Shown: one piece after another, positions 1 to 8,975 of the stretch
Numbering within the stretch: position 1 is the first letter of the stretch
How the letters are laid out: every line of letters starts with the position of its first letter
Origin: Candidatus Sericytochromatia bacterium
GTDB taxonomy: Bacteria > Cyanobacteriota > Sericytochromatia > S15B-MN24 > UBA4093
Length of the DNA: 64,000 nt
Reading direction: 5' to 3'
Assembly: GCA_036676985.1 (NCBI GenBank)
Contig: JAKFBU010000001.1
Coordinates: 96,001-160,000 of the forward strand
Notes under the pieces: generated by a model
Seen by the model: only the letters and a program-made list of their open reading frames with translations
Database searches by the model: none
What the model was told of the DNA's origin: nothing
Made by a program: the position numbers and the translations under genes

Positions 1-1052
1 CAGCGCGCCTGCTCGGCAAAGGCCTGCAGGAGGTCGCCCTCGGGAATCTTGACGTCCCGCACCGCCGGAATGTGGCCCGCCTCCTGCTCGAACAGGAGGG
101 CCACCTCGGGGCTCGCCATGAACGAGGCGAACTCCACGGCGCGCTTGCGGGCGGGCGCCTGGCTATTGGGGTTGAACATCAGGCACTTGATGCCCACGAA
201 GGGCACCGCCGGAACGCCCTCCTCGACCATCGGCAGGGTGGCCACGCCGAGCTTGTCGCCGAAGACCTTCTGGTAGTCGCCCAGCGCCCAGGGACCGTTG
301 ACGGTCATGGCGGCCTTGCCGTCGCGGAACAGGCTGTCCGCCCGGCCGTAATCGCTCTTGGCCGCGATGTAGGGGTGGGTCTTGAGGTCCTTGATGAGCT
401 TCATCCAGCTCTGGGCTCCTGGCGTGTCGAGCTGGACGGTGCCGTCCGGCTTGAGGAGGCTGCCGCCCATGCCGAACAGGTAGCCCGCGGTGAAGAAGAA
501 CTGGGTGTTGTAGGCGAGGTAGTAGTCGCCCTTCCAGTAGTCGCGGGAGTTGGCCTGGACGAAGAGCTCCTGCAGGGTGGCGGGGGGCTTCTGGACCAGA
601 TCCTTGTTGTAGTAGAGGGCGAGGGTCTCCATGCTCTCGGGCAGCGCGTAGAGCTTGCCGTCGTAGCGCAGGGCCGAGAGGGCGACGGGCACGTAGCGGT
701 CCGTCAATGCCTTGGGCACCACGCCGTCCAGCGGAGCGATGACCTCCGACTGAGCGAACTTGCCCACCCAGTCCGTGAAGCCGACCACCAGATCCGGACC
801 GCCGTTGGCGGCCGTGGAGCGCAGGTACTTGTCCTGCAGCTTGTCGGAGGGGACCTGCAGGGCCACCACCTCGGTGCCGGGGTTCGCCTCGCGGTAACGG
901 GCGATCGCCTTCTTGAGGGCGGAAAGCTCGGCGCCGCCCCAGGGGTGCCAGAGAGTGACGGAAGACTGGGCGGAGGACTGATCACAGCCCGTCAGCGAGA
1001 GCATGACGCCCATGAGGGGGACCGCAAGAAAGCGCTTGGCTTGTCTGAACAC
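1..1052 (-). CDS. Sugar (maltose/maltodextrin-type) ABC transporter substrate-binding lipoprotein, 3' end outside the window
   Basis: Read manually on the minus strand from GTG 1052 (AGGAG upstream): MFRQAKRFLAVPLMGVMLSLTGC lipobox, then TLWHPWGGAE...GGPDLVVGFTDWVGKFAQ, typical of SBP family 1. Absent from the ORF track because it runs off the edge. Confidence 0.85.
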   Translation of the reverse strand, partial: MFRQAKRFLAVPLMGVMLSLTGCDQSSAQSSVTLWHPWGGAELSALKKAIARYREANPGTEVVALQVPSDKLQDKYLRSTAANGGPDLVVGFTDWVGKFAQSEVIAPLDGVVPKALTDRYVPVALSALRYDGKLYALPESMETLALYYNKDLVQKPPATLQELFVQANSRDYWKGDYYLAYNTQFFFTAGYLFGMGGSLLKPDGTVQLDTPGAQSWMKLIKDLKTHPYIAAKSDYGRADSLFRDGKAAMTVNGPWALGDYQKVFGDKLGVATLPMVEEGVPAVPFVGIKCLMFNPNSQAPARKRAVEFASFMASPEVALLFEQEAGHIPAVRDVKIPEGDLLQAFAEQAR

Positions 1053-1254
1053 GCCTGCTCCTAGCTCTGGAGGGAGGGGGAGGGCACCGACGCCGGTTGC
1101 CTCTTTATATCACGCAAAAACAACGAGCGTCAACGCGGCAAACCGCGGAATTACGGCCTCCCGGCCAAGTTTATCGATCCGACAGGCGAGGGATTGTTAT
1201 ATAATATGAACCATTGCTAAGGGATGTAAATGCACTAACTGCGAGGGTTTCGTC

Positions 1255-2097
1255 ATGAATGCAAAGGGATCCCACCTGATCTCCACAGCCACTGGCGACC
1301 CCACTGGCCCTACTCCCGATCTGCTGCTCCAGCTGGCCCTGCTCAACCGGGCGCTCGGCGAGCAGCTGTCCATGCTGCAGCAGCAGTACGAGTCGGTGGA
1401 CGCCGACGTGCTCGCCAACATCGGCCATGAGCTGCGGACGCCCCTGACCATCATCCAGGGCCTCTCCGAGATCCTGCTCGACGAGCTGGGCAACGGCAAG
1501 CTCGACCCGGAGCAGCACCAGGACTTCCTGCGCCAGATCCACCGGGCCTCGGTGTCCCTCGGCAAGCTCATCGAGACGAGCATCATGCTCACCAAGATCA
1601 ACTCCGGGCACCTGACGCTCCACATGCAGCCCCTCAACGTCGCCGAGGCCATCGAGCGGGTCATCAGCCAGTACGGCGAGGAGCTGAGCGCCAAGGAGCT
1701 GCGCGTCGAGATCCTCAGCCCCTCCGACCTGCCCCTGGTATGGGCGGACGGCTTCTGCCTCGAGCTCGCCCTCCAGGCCCTCTACGACAACGCCATCAAG
1801 TTCAACCACCCGGCCGGCGCCATCACCTGGTCCCTGCGCTGCGAGGGCGAGTTCGTCGAGGTCGCCGTGACGGACTCGGGCGTGGGCATCCCCCCGGAAA
1901 AGCTCGCGTCCCTCTTCGCGGTCTTCGGCCAGCTCGAGAGCGGCCCGACCCGGCGGTTCGGGGGGCTCGGCCTGGGCCTGCCGCTGGTGCGCAAGCTCCT
2001 CGAGAGCCTGGGCGGCGACATCTCGGCCCAGAGCGCCGGGCTCAACGCGGGCGCCACCTTCACCTTCACGCTGAAGCAGGCGTCTATGGTATCTTAA
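1255..2097 (+). CDS. Soluble histidine kinase (HisKA + HATPase_c) with no evident sensor domain
   Basis: H-box GHELRTPL, N-box DNAIKF, G1 DSGVGI, G2 GGLGLGL. Confidence 0.9.
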   Translation: MNAKGSHLISTATGDPTGPTPDLLLQLALLNRALGEQLSMLQQQYESVDADVLANIGHELRTPLTIIQGLSEILLDELGNGKLDPEQHQDFLRQIHRASVSLGKLIETSIMLTKINSGHLTLHMQPLNVAEAIERVISQYGEELSAKELRVEILSPSDLPLVWADGFCLELALQALYDNAIKFNHPAGAITWSLRCEGEFVEVAVTDSGVGIPPEKLASLFAVFGQLESGPTRRFGGLGLGLPLVRKLLESLGGDISAQSAGLNAGATFTFTLKQASMVS

Positions 2098-2138
2098 GGG
2101 CACCTCGCGCCCGAGATCCGCGCCGCAAAGGGGACCCT

Positions 2139-2900
2139 GTGACCATCCTCGACGAGATCCTCGCCTCCAAGGCCCGTGAAGTTGCCGCCATGCCGACTCC
2201 GCCGGCCTCGACCACCGGTCCCGCCCGCAGCCTGATCGACAGCCTGCGGCACCACGGGCCCGTGGCCCTCATCGCCGAGATCAAGCACAAGTCCCCCAGC
2301 CGCCCGATGATCCGCGAGGACTTCGACCCGCCCTCCATGGCCCGGGCCTACGAGGCAGGCGGGGCCGCCGCCCTCTCGGTGCTCACGGACGGCCCCTACT
2401 TCGGCGGCAGCCTGTCCGACCTCCAGGCCGCCCGCGCCGAGGTCGCCCTGCCCGTCCTCCGCAAGGACTTCCTCATCGACCCCCGGCAGGTCCACGAGGC
2501 GCGCGCCGCGGGCGCCGACGCCGTCCTGCTCATCGCAGCGGCCCTCGACGACGACGCCTTGCGCCGCATGGCCGCCACCTGCTGCGAGGTGGGCGTCGAG
2601 TACCTGCTCGAGGTCCACACCGCCGAGGAGATGGACCGGGCTCTCGCGCTCGGGGCTCCGCTCGTCGGCATCAACAACCGAGACCTCAAGACCTTCCAGC
2701 TGGACCTGCAGGTCACCCGCGAGCTCGCCCAGCGGGCCAAGAATGCCGAGCGGCCGCCCTTTCTGGTCAGCGAGAGCGGAATCTACACCTCCGACGACCG
2801 CCGGCTGCTCGAGAGCTGGGGGATCGGGGCGATGCTCGTCGGAGAGAGCCTCTTGCGCAAGCCCGACCTGCGTGAGGCCGTCCAGCACCTGCTCGCATGA
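2139..2900 (+). CDS. trpC: Indole-3-glycerol phosphate synthase
   Basis: IAEIKHKSPS, SVLTD, LRKDF, GADAVLLI, GINNRDL, ESGI motifs. Start moved to GTG 2139 (VTILDEIL). Confidence 0.95.
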   Translation: MTILDEILASKAREVAAMPTPPASTTGPARSLIDSLRHHGPVALIAEIKHKSPSRPMIREDFDPPSMARAYEAGGAAALSVLTDGPYFGGSLSDLQAARAEVALPVLRKDFLIDPRQVHEARAAGADAVLLIAAALDDDALRRMAATCCEVGVEYLLEVHTAEEMDRALALGAPLVGINNRDLKTFQLDLQVTRELAQRAKNAERPPFLVSESGIYTSDDRRLLESWGIGAMLVGESLLRKPDLREAVQHLLA

Positions 2901-3520
2901 CCCGGATCAAGATTTGCGGCCTGACCCGGCCCGAGGACGTGCGGCTCGCGGTCGCCTCCGGGGCGGACGCCGTGGGCTTCGTGCACGTGCCCCGCTCCAA
3001 GCGCCATGTGGATAGCCATGGCATCGCCGGGCTGTGCGCCGCGGCCGGGCCCATGGTCGCGCGGGTGGCCGTCGTCGCCGACCTGCCCCTCGAAGAGGCC
3101 CTCGCCCTCGCCACGAACGCCCCCCTCACGGTGCTCCAGCTGCACGGTCAGGAGTCGCCCGACTACGTGCGGGCCCTGCGCGATCGCCTCGACCCCAAGG
3201 TCGCCCTGTGGCGAGCCGTGCGGGGGGACTCGGCGGACGCCCGCCGGGAGGCCCAGGCCCTCACGAACGTGGTCGAGGCCCTCTTGCTCGACTCGGATGG
3301 CGGCGGCAGCGGCACGCCGTTCGACTGGGCGAGCGCCGAGGGTTTCCGCCCGTCCTGTCCCGTCATCCTGGCGGGCGGCCTCACGGCCGACAACGTGGCG
3401 GAGGCCATCCGGCGCCTCTCGCCCTATGCCGTCGACGTCTCGAGCGGCGTCGAGTCGGCGCCGGGACTCAAGGACGCCGCGCGGATTCATGCTTTCTTCA
3501 CGGCGGTGCGGGCCGTCTAG
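2897..3520 (+). CDS. trpF: Phosphoribosylanthranilate isomerase
   Basis: IKICGLT, QLHG, LAGGL, VDVSSGVE motifs; ATGA overlap with trpC. Confidence 0.95.
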   Translation: MTRIKICGLTRPEDVRLAVASGADAVGFVHVPRSKRHVDSHGIAGLCAAAGPMVARVAVVADLPLEEALALATNAPLTVLQLHGQESPDYVRALRDRLDPKVALWRAVRGDSADARREAQALTNVVEALLLDSDGGGSGTPFDWASAEGFRPSCPVILAGGLTADNVAEAIRRLSPYAVDVSSGVESAPGLKDAARIHAFFTAVRAV

Positions 3521-3571
3521 ACGTTTTTGCCCTCCGGCGGCCGGGTATACGACCAGCCGGGAGGACCTAGC

Positions 3572-4660
3572 GTGCGTGCGATTGACCTAGACAAGGCCCA
3601 ACCGGGAATGGTGCTCGCCAAGAGCATCTACTCGGCGGATGGGCGCCCCTTGCTCCGCGAGGGAACGGCCCTGACGGACCGCTACATCACCGCCCTGCGG
3701 TCGATGAAGTACAGCTTCATCTACGTGGTGGACCCCCACGCGCCCGAGATCCAGATTCCCGACACCATCCACGAGGAGCTGCGCCAGGAGGCGATCGCCA
3801 TCATCCGGCAGACCTTCGGCGAGCCGGGCGCCCAGCAGCCGCCCAAGCTCGGGGCCCACATCCAGGCCGTGTCCCAGGTGGCCAAGCAGATCGTCGAGGC
3901 GATCCTGGCCAACCGGGACATCTCCATCCAGATGGCCGACATCAAGAGCCACGACAACTACACCTTCGCCCACAGCGTGAACGTGTGCGTCATCGGCACC
4001 ATCCTGGGCGTCCGCCTGGGCCTCGATCAGGTGCGTCTCAAGGACCTGGCCCTCGGCCTCATCATGCACGACGTCGGCAAGCTGGGCGTGCCCCGCGAGA
4101 TCCTGGAGAAGCCGGGCAAGCTCACCGAGACCGAGTTCGAGCAGATGAAGGAACACTGCCGGGCGGGCTTCGACACCATGCGCGGCCTATCGAGCATCTC
4201 GGCCCACGCCAAGATCGTCATCCTCCAGCACCACGAGAAGTACGACGGCACGGGCTACCCCAAGGGCCTGCAGGGCGAGGACATCCACCTCAACGCCCAG
4301 ATCGGGGCCATCGCGGACGTCTACGACGCCCTGACCTCCGATCGGGTCTACCGCAAGCGCCTGATGCCCCACGAGGCCATCGAGTACCTCATGACCAACG
4401 CCGGCACCCACTTCAGCGAGAACCTGGTGGCGACCTTCGTCTCCAGCGTGGCTCCCTACCCGCCCGGCACCTACCTGCGCCTCTCCACCGGCGAGGTGGG
4501 CGTGGTCATGCACGTGGACATGAAGCTCGCGAGCCGCCCCATGGTCAAGCTCATCCAGAGCGCCGAGGGTCAAACGCTCCAGGGCGCGGACGTCAAGGTC
4601 GTCGACCTCAAGCGTACGCCCGGCGTCACCATCACCAAGGTCCTCACCGAGCTCTCTTGA
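3572..4660 (+). CDS. HD-GYP domain cyclic-dinucleotide phosphodiesterase
   Basis: HSVNV, HDVGK, HHEKYDGTGYP, ADVYDALTSDRVYR. GTG start after GGAGG. Confidence 0.9.
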   Translation: MRAIDLDKAQPGMVLAKSIYSADGRPLLREGTALTDRYITALRSMKYSFIYVVDPHAPEIQIPDTIHEELRQEAIAIIRQTFGEPGAQQPPKLGAHIQAVSQVAKQIVEAILANRDISIQMADIKSHDNYTFAHSVNVCVIGTILGVRLGLDQVRLKDLALGLIMHDVGKLGVPREILEKPGKLTETEFEQMKEHCRAGFDTMRGLSSISAHAKIVILQHHEKYDGTGYPKGLQGEDIHLNAQIGAIADVYDALTSDRVYRKRLMPHEAIEYLMTNAGTHFSENLVATFVSSVAPYPPGTYLRLSTGEVGVVMHVDMKLASRPMVKLIQSAEGQTLQGADVKVVDLKRTPGVTITKVLTELS

Positions 4661-4713
4661 GGTGCGATCGCTCAGAGGGTAGACTGGCAGAGCCCAGCTA
4701 CCCGGAGGATCGC

Positions 4714-5601
4714 ATGAACTACCTGGAAATCGCCGTCACCGTCCCCGCTCACGTGGCCGAATCGGTCGCATGGGCCCTGACCGAGCAGGGCCTGCCCGGC
4801 GTGGTCATCGAGGAGCGCAAGCCCGGCGAGGCGGCGCGCGAGACCTCCACCCTCAAGGCCTACTTGCCCGAGATCCCGACGGCCGTCTCCCTGGGCGACC
4901 TGCGCACCGCCATCTCGCGGACCCTCGAGAGCACGGCTCCCGGCGCGACCTTCGAGGTCGCCACCCGGACCGTCCCCGAGGAGGACTGGGCCACCAGCTG
5001 GCAGCAGTACTGGCACGTCCAGAAAATCGGCGATCGCCTCGTGGTCCGTCCCTCGTGGGAGGAGTACGAGCCGGCTCCCGACGAGGTCGTCATCACCCTC
5101 GACCCCAAGCAGGCCTTCGGCACGGGCACCCACCCCACCACGCGGCTGTGCATGCGCATCCTCGAGCGAGTGGCCGCCCGGGGTCCTTTGGGCACGGTCT
5201 TCGACGTGGGCGCGGGCTCGGGCATCCTCGCCATCGCGGCCCTCCTGCTCGGCGCCCCCGAGGCCGTCGCCGTGGACACGGACCCGGTGGCCGTCGCGGC
5301 CGCTGAGGAGAACGCCGAGATCAACCAGGTCACCGACCGCATGCGCAACCTGGTAGGCAGCTCGGACGCCTGGGAGGGCCAGGCCCCCATCGTCTTCGCC
5401 AACATCCTCGCCGAGGTCATCATCGAGATTGCCCAGGACCTCTACGACCACACGGCACCCGGCGGCACGCTCATCGCCTCGGGCATCATCGAGCGAAAAG
5501 CCGACGCCGTGGAGCAGAAGCTCCAGAGCGTCGGCTTCGAGGTCGTGAGCCGCGAGCAAGAGGGTGAGTGGGTCGGGATCGAGGCAAAGCGCCCCGGCTA
5601 G
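4714..5601 (+). CDS. prmA: Ribosomal protein L11 methyltransferase
   Basis: EEDWATSW, DPKQAFGTGTHPTT, DVGAGSGIL, ANILA, SGII. ATG 4714 after GGAGG. Confidence 0.95.
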   Translation: MNYLEIAVTVPAHVAESVAWALTEQGLPGVVIEERKPGEAARETSTLKAYLPEIPTAVSLGDLRTAISRTLESTAPGATFEVATRTVPEEDWATSWQQYWHVQKIGDRLVVRPSWEEYEPAPDEVVITLDPKQAFGTGTHPTTRLCMRILERVAARGPLGTVFDVGAGSGILAIAALLLGAPEAVAVDTDPVAVAAAEENAEINQVTDRMRNLVGSSDAWEGQAPIVFANILAEVIIEIAQDLYDHTAPGGTLIASGIIERKADAVEQKLQSVGFEVVSREQEGEWVGIEAKRPG

Positions 5602-6248
5602 TCCCCGATCGAGCCCTCGGCGGTCAGTCGTCCGGTGCCCTCGGCGTTGGTCTTGCCCTTGCCGGCGACGAAGTAGAACTGCTCGGCGTTCGGCCCGATC
5701 ATGGCCACGCCGTAGCCGTTCATCCGGTATGAATAGAGGCCATAGGCGTCATCCGCACTGATGTTGCTCAGCTCGTGCAGCCACAGGTAGCGGCTGCCGC
5801 TGCCGCTCGGGTCCCGCCGGAAGTAGTACATGCGGCCGCGATCCAGCACCGTCGGGGTGGGTGAGCTGAAGGCCGTGCCGCCGGCGGCCGTGCCGATCTC
5901 GGTCATGCTGCCGACGGCGTCGTTGCCCTGGATGAAATCCTGTTGATCGACCGTGCCGGCGGAGACCGTAAAGGTGCCGCCCCACGGGCTCTTGTTGAAA
6001 TCGTCCGGCCGCCGGGTCTTCCACACGGTCCGGAGCTGGCCCATGCTCGGCAACGCGAAGTTCCGCTGCTCCATCTCCTCGACGAGGAGCGCCAAGGTTT
6101 GCAGTTTTTCCTTGGCTGCCGTGTTCGCCGCATTCAGCTTGGTCTGCTGGTACAGGACCACTGCCCCCGCGAGGACGATCACACCGATCACGATGGCCAA
6201 CGAGACCTCGATGAGGGTAAAACCGGCTTGTCGTTCGGCTTGGCGCAT
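5598..6248 (-). CDS. Type IV pilin / pseudopilin-like protein
   Basis: Class III signal peptide QAG|FTLIEVSLAIVIGVIVLAG with Glu at +5. Confidence 0.85.
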   Translation of the reverse strand: MRQAERQAGFTLIEVSLAIVIGVIVLAGAVVLYQQTKLNAANTAAKEKLQTLALLVEEMEQRNFALPSMGQLRTVWKTRRPDDFNKSPWGGTFTVSAGTVDQQDFIQGNDAVGSMTEIGTAAGGTAFSSPTPTVLDRGRMYYFRRDPSGSGSRYLWLHELSNISADDAYGLYSYRMNGYGVAMIGPNAEQFYFVAGKGKTNAEGTGRLTAEGSIGD

Positions 6249-6378
6249 ATCCCCCCTCTAACATTTCTGTAACAGGCAACTTTACTATACCCCAAGTGGG
6301 CTGAATCTCAATAGCTGAGCCATTACAGATCCTAATGACGTCCTCGACGCTCGACTGGTTAAGCAAGCGTGTGTTACC

Positions 6379-7215
6379 ATGCCCCTTATGCGGAGCCAAC
6401 TCCTCGAACGAACCGTCCTCTGTCTCTTCCTGGCCTTCCAGGGGGTTCCGGCCCTGGCCGCGGAACCGGAGGCAGTCCCGGACGCCAGCGTCTCCATCGA
6501 CGCCACGTCTTCCCTCCAGGCCGCCACCGCCTCAAATCCCGTCATCGTGCCCTTCGTCATGGCGGAGGACACCCAGGGCCGTCCGGGCTCTTCACGAGTC
6601 TGGATCAAGGGCAAGGTAGCCTTGAGCTTCGACGAGGATCGCGGGGTCAAGGCCAAGCTGCTGGCTGATCGACTCGCCACGCTGCAGAAGCGCGGCCTGC
6701 TGCAACCCGACCGGATCATGCCCGGTCGCCGGGGCAAGCTCTACGTCGTGAGCCTGGGGCGCGAGGATCTCCTGACCTTCGACGAACGGTTCGCCCGTCG
6801 CCAGGACGTGGCCCCCACCACCCTGACCATGCGCTACGTCAACCAGCTCCGCTCGGCGCTCGGCGGTCGCGACCTCCAGGACCACATGGTCAAGACCGCC
6901 TCGCGCGGCGGCTATCCGGCCCGGATCGGGCTCGCTTCCTGGTACGGCGGCTATTTCCACGGTCGCCGGGCGGCGGACGGCTCGCGCTTCAACCAGAACG
7001 ACTTCACGGCCGCCCACAAGAGCCTGCCTTTCGGCACCATGCTCGTGGTCACCAACCTCACGACCCAGAAGAGCACGGTCGTCCGGGTCACGGACCGCGG
7101 GCCCTACGTCCATGGGCGCATGCTGGACCTGAGCAAGGCAGCCGCCAAGGCCATCGGGCTCGTCCAAATGGGCGTCGGCAAGGTCCGCATCACCATCTTC
7201 AAGCCCAAGTCCTAA
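6379..7215 (+). CDS. rlpA: Septal ring lytic transglycosylase RlpA family protein
   Basis: Signal peptide; C-terminal DPBB domain ASWYG, TAAHKSLPFGT, VRVTDRGPY, LDLS. Confidence 0.85.
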   Translation: MPLMRSQLLERTVLCLFLAFQGVPALAAEPEAVPDASVSIDATSSLQAATASNPVIVPFVMAEDTQGRPGSSRVWIKGKVALSFDEDRGVKAKLLADRLATLQKRGLLQPDRIMPGRRGKLYVVSLGREDLLTFDERFARRQDVAPTTLTMRYVNQLRSALGGRDLQDHMVKTASRGGYPARIGLASWYGGYFHGRRAADGSRFNQNDFTAAHKSLPFGTMLVVTNLTTQKSTVVRVTDRGPYVHGRMLDLSKAAAKAIGLVQMGVGKVRITIFKPKS

Positions 7216-7216
7216 C

Positions 7217-7795
7217 ATGCGGCTCCGCTTCGAGCGAAGCGCGCTGCATGACTGGCTCGTGAGCCGCGGGGCGCCGGCCGCCCGGGCGATCGCCCCTGTC
7301 TCCTCCCGTATCCCCATCGAGCGCCCGGAAGCCCGGGAGACGGCCTTTCGGCTTGTCCGGGAGGGCCTCGCCTATGCCTGCTACTGCACGCCGACAGAAC
7401 TTGCGGCCATGCGTACGCATCAGGAGTCGCACGGCCGGCCGATGCGCTACGATCGCCGCTGCCTGAGCCTCTATGCGGAGCACCGGGCGGACTACGAGGC
7501 CGCCGGTCGAAAGTCCTGCGTGCGCTTTCGCGTGCCGGAAGGCGGGAGGATGGTGCTGGCGGACCTGCTGCGGGGCGAGGTCACGATCCCGCTCGACGAC
7601 TTGGAGGACTTCGTCCTGCTGGACGCCGAAGGACGTCCCGGCGAGGCCATCGGGGCGGTCCTGGACCACGCGCGGAACGGCGTCACCCACGTGGTGCGGG
7701 ACGAAGACCGCTGGTTGCAAATGTCCCGGGAGCTATTGCTCTACGATGCGCTGGGATGGCAGGCCCCTCGATACGCCCACCTGCGCATGGATTGA
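7217..7795 (+). CDS. Truncated glutamyl-tRNA synthetase-like protein lacking HIGH and KMSKS
   Basis: GLAYACYCT...YDRRC Zn-site region, VRFRVP, DLLRGEV, DFVL, GVTHVVRDED, LYDALGW..P.YAHL all match the GluRS catalytic/insertion domain. Confidence 0.7.
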   Translation: MRLRFERSALHDWLVSRGAPAARAIAPVSSRIPIERPEARETAFRLVREGLAYACYCTPTELAAMRTHQESHGRPMRYDRRCLSLYAEHRADYEAAGRKSCVRFRVPEGGRMVLADLLRGEVTIPLDDLEDFVLLDAEGRPGEAIGAVLDHARNGVTHVVRDEDRWLQMSRELLLYDALGWQAPRYAHLRMD

Positions 7796-7833
7796 CGGGC
7801 GCGAGTCGTTCCGGAAGCCAGCGAGTGGCTACC

Positions 7834-7888
7834 CTGGCCCCCGCATTCGCGAGGGTGACCCCACGTTCGCGGGAATGACGGGAGCGCC
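7834..7888. repeat. Two tandem REP-like palindromes of the CTGGATTCCCGC-NN-CGCGGGAATGAC family
   Basis: ctggcccccgcattcgcgagggtgac and ccccacgttcgcgggaatgacgggagcg; same family as 36762-36795 and 36979-37012. Confidence 0.75.
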
Positions 7889-7913
7889 TACTCACGCGCT
7901 GGGACAGGATACT

Positions 7914-8046
7914 CGAGTCCTTGCACTTGAAGGGTAAGCCTAAATAGGCAACTCGCGTAATTACACGTGAATGGTGAGCCTGAGTTGGTAACTCGCGCAC
8001 CCACAACAACCGTTCACACTGAGGCTCTCGAAGTGCGAACGACTCC
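7914..8046. ncRNA. Candidate structured non-coding RNA, rod-shaped with a central bubble (6S-like)
   Basis: Nested pairings seen by eye: gagtc/gactc, gcactt/aagtgc, agcct/aggct, gtgaatggt/accgttcac, gagtt/aactc. AT-richer intergenic DNA between convergent genes. Confidence 0.3.
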
Positions 8047-8880
8047 TTATTCCCCGTCCGTCGGCGGCTTCTTGAACCCGCCGAACTTCGATAGGAACCC
8101 CGGAGCCATGTCCTGGGCCTTCTTGAGCAGACCGCTGCCCCGATCCTTGAGTCCTGGAGCGGCCTCCTGGGCCTTACGCAGCATGTCCACGCCTCGGTCC
8201 AGAAGGGGCTCGAAGGCTGCCAGCTGCGGCGTCTCCTTGACCACCTTGGAGAGCTTGTCGATGGCGGCCTCCCCGAGCGGCTCGGGGGTTGCCGGGACGG
8301 GCGACGGTGGCGGAAGGGGCTGGGTGAAGGACGGCTTCTTCATCGGCGGGAACATTTTCCCGAGGAGCGGCCGACCGGCGAACACCACCGAGAAGTTGTA
8401 CAGCGGATAGAGGCTGCCCCGGAACTTCGAGAGGCTGAACCCCTCGACCTTCCCCACCTCCAGCTGGGCGGTCTCGAACTGCGCGAGGGCGTCCTGCGCC
8501 TCCAGGAGGGACTCCTCGGCGAGGGCGAACTGCCGCACGAGGATCTGGGCCTTGCGGCGCAGCTCGGTATCCTCCATGAACTGCACGCCGATCTCCAGGG
8601 TGTAGGCCTGCTCGTTCTCGATGACGCCCGTGAAGATCCGGCTCATGTCCTCTTCGGCGGCGCCGATGGACGCGATCGCCCGATCCAGGACCCGGATGCG
8701 CGGCCGCATGGTGTTGACGACGCGCTCGCCATGCTCGACCTCGGTCGCCAGCACGTGGCGGTGGAGGATCTGCTCGCCGCCGGGCGGCAACGGAGCGAGC
8801 GGGCCCGAGGTGGACATGAAGCCATCCAGGGGAGTGGTGCCGCGCGTCCGGGGGCCCCCCGGCTGATTGGGAAACGTCAT
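8047..8880 (-). CDS. Hypothetical protein (helical core, Pro-rich linker)
   Basis: Long ORF with genome-typical codon use; likely ATG at 8880 after GGAGG. No family recognised. Confidence 0.65.
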   Translation of the reverse strand: MTFPNQPGGPRTRGTTPLDGFMSTSGPLAPLPPGGEQILHRHVLATEVEHGERVVNTMRPRIRVLDRAIASIGAAEEDMSRIFTGVIENEQAYTLEIGVQFMEDTELRRKAQILVRQFALAEESLLEAQDALAQFETAQLEVGKVEGFSLSKFRGSLYPLYNFSVVFAGRPLLGKMFPPMKKPSFTQPLPPPSPVPATPEPLGEAAIDKLSKVVKETPQLAAFEPLLDRGVDMLRKAQEAAPGLKDRGSGLLKKAQDMAPGFLSKFGGFKKPPTDGE

Positions 8881-8975
8881 GCGATTCCTCCGCACCGACC
8901 ATCGGCAAGCAGTGGATCTTGTACCCCGAACGACGGCTGGCTACGCGGGTCTTGCGGGTATGGGGGCCTATCGCG

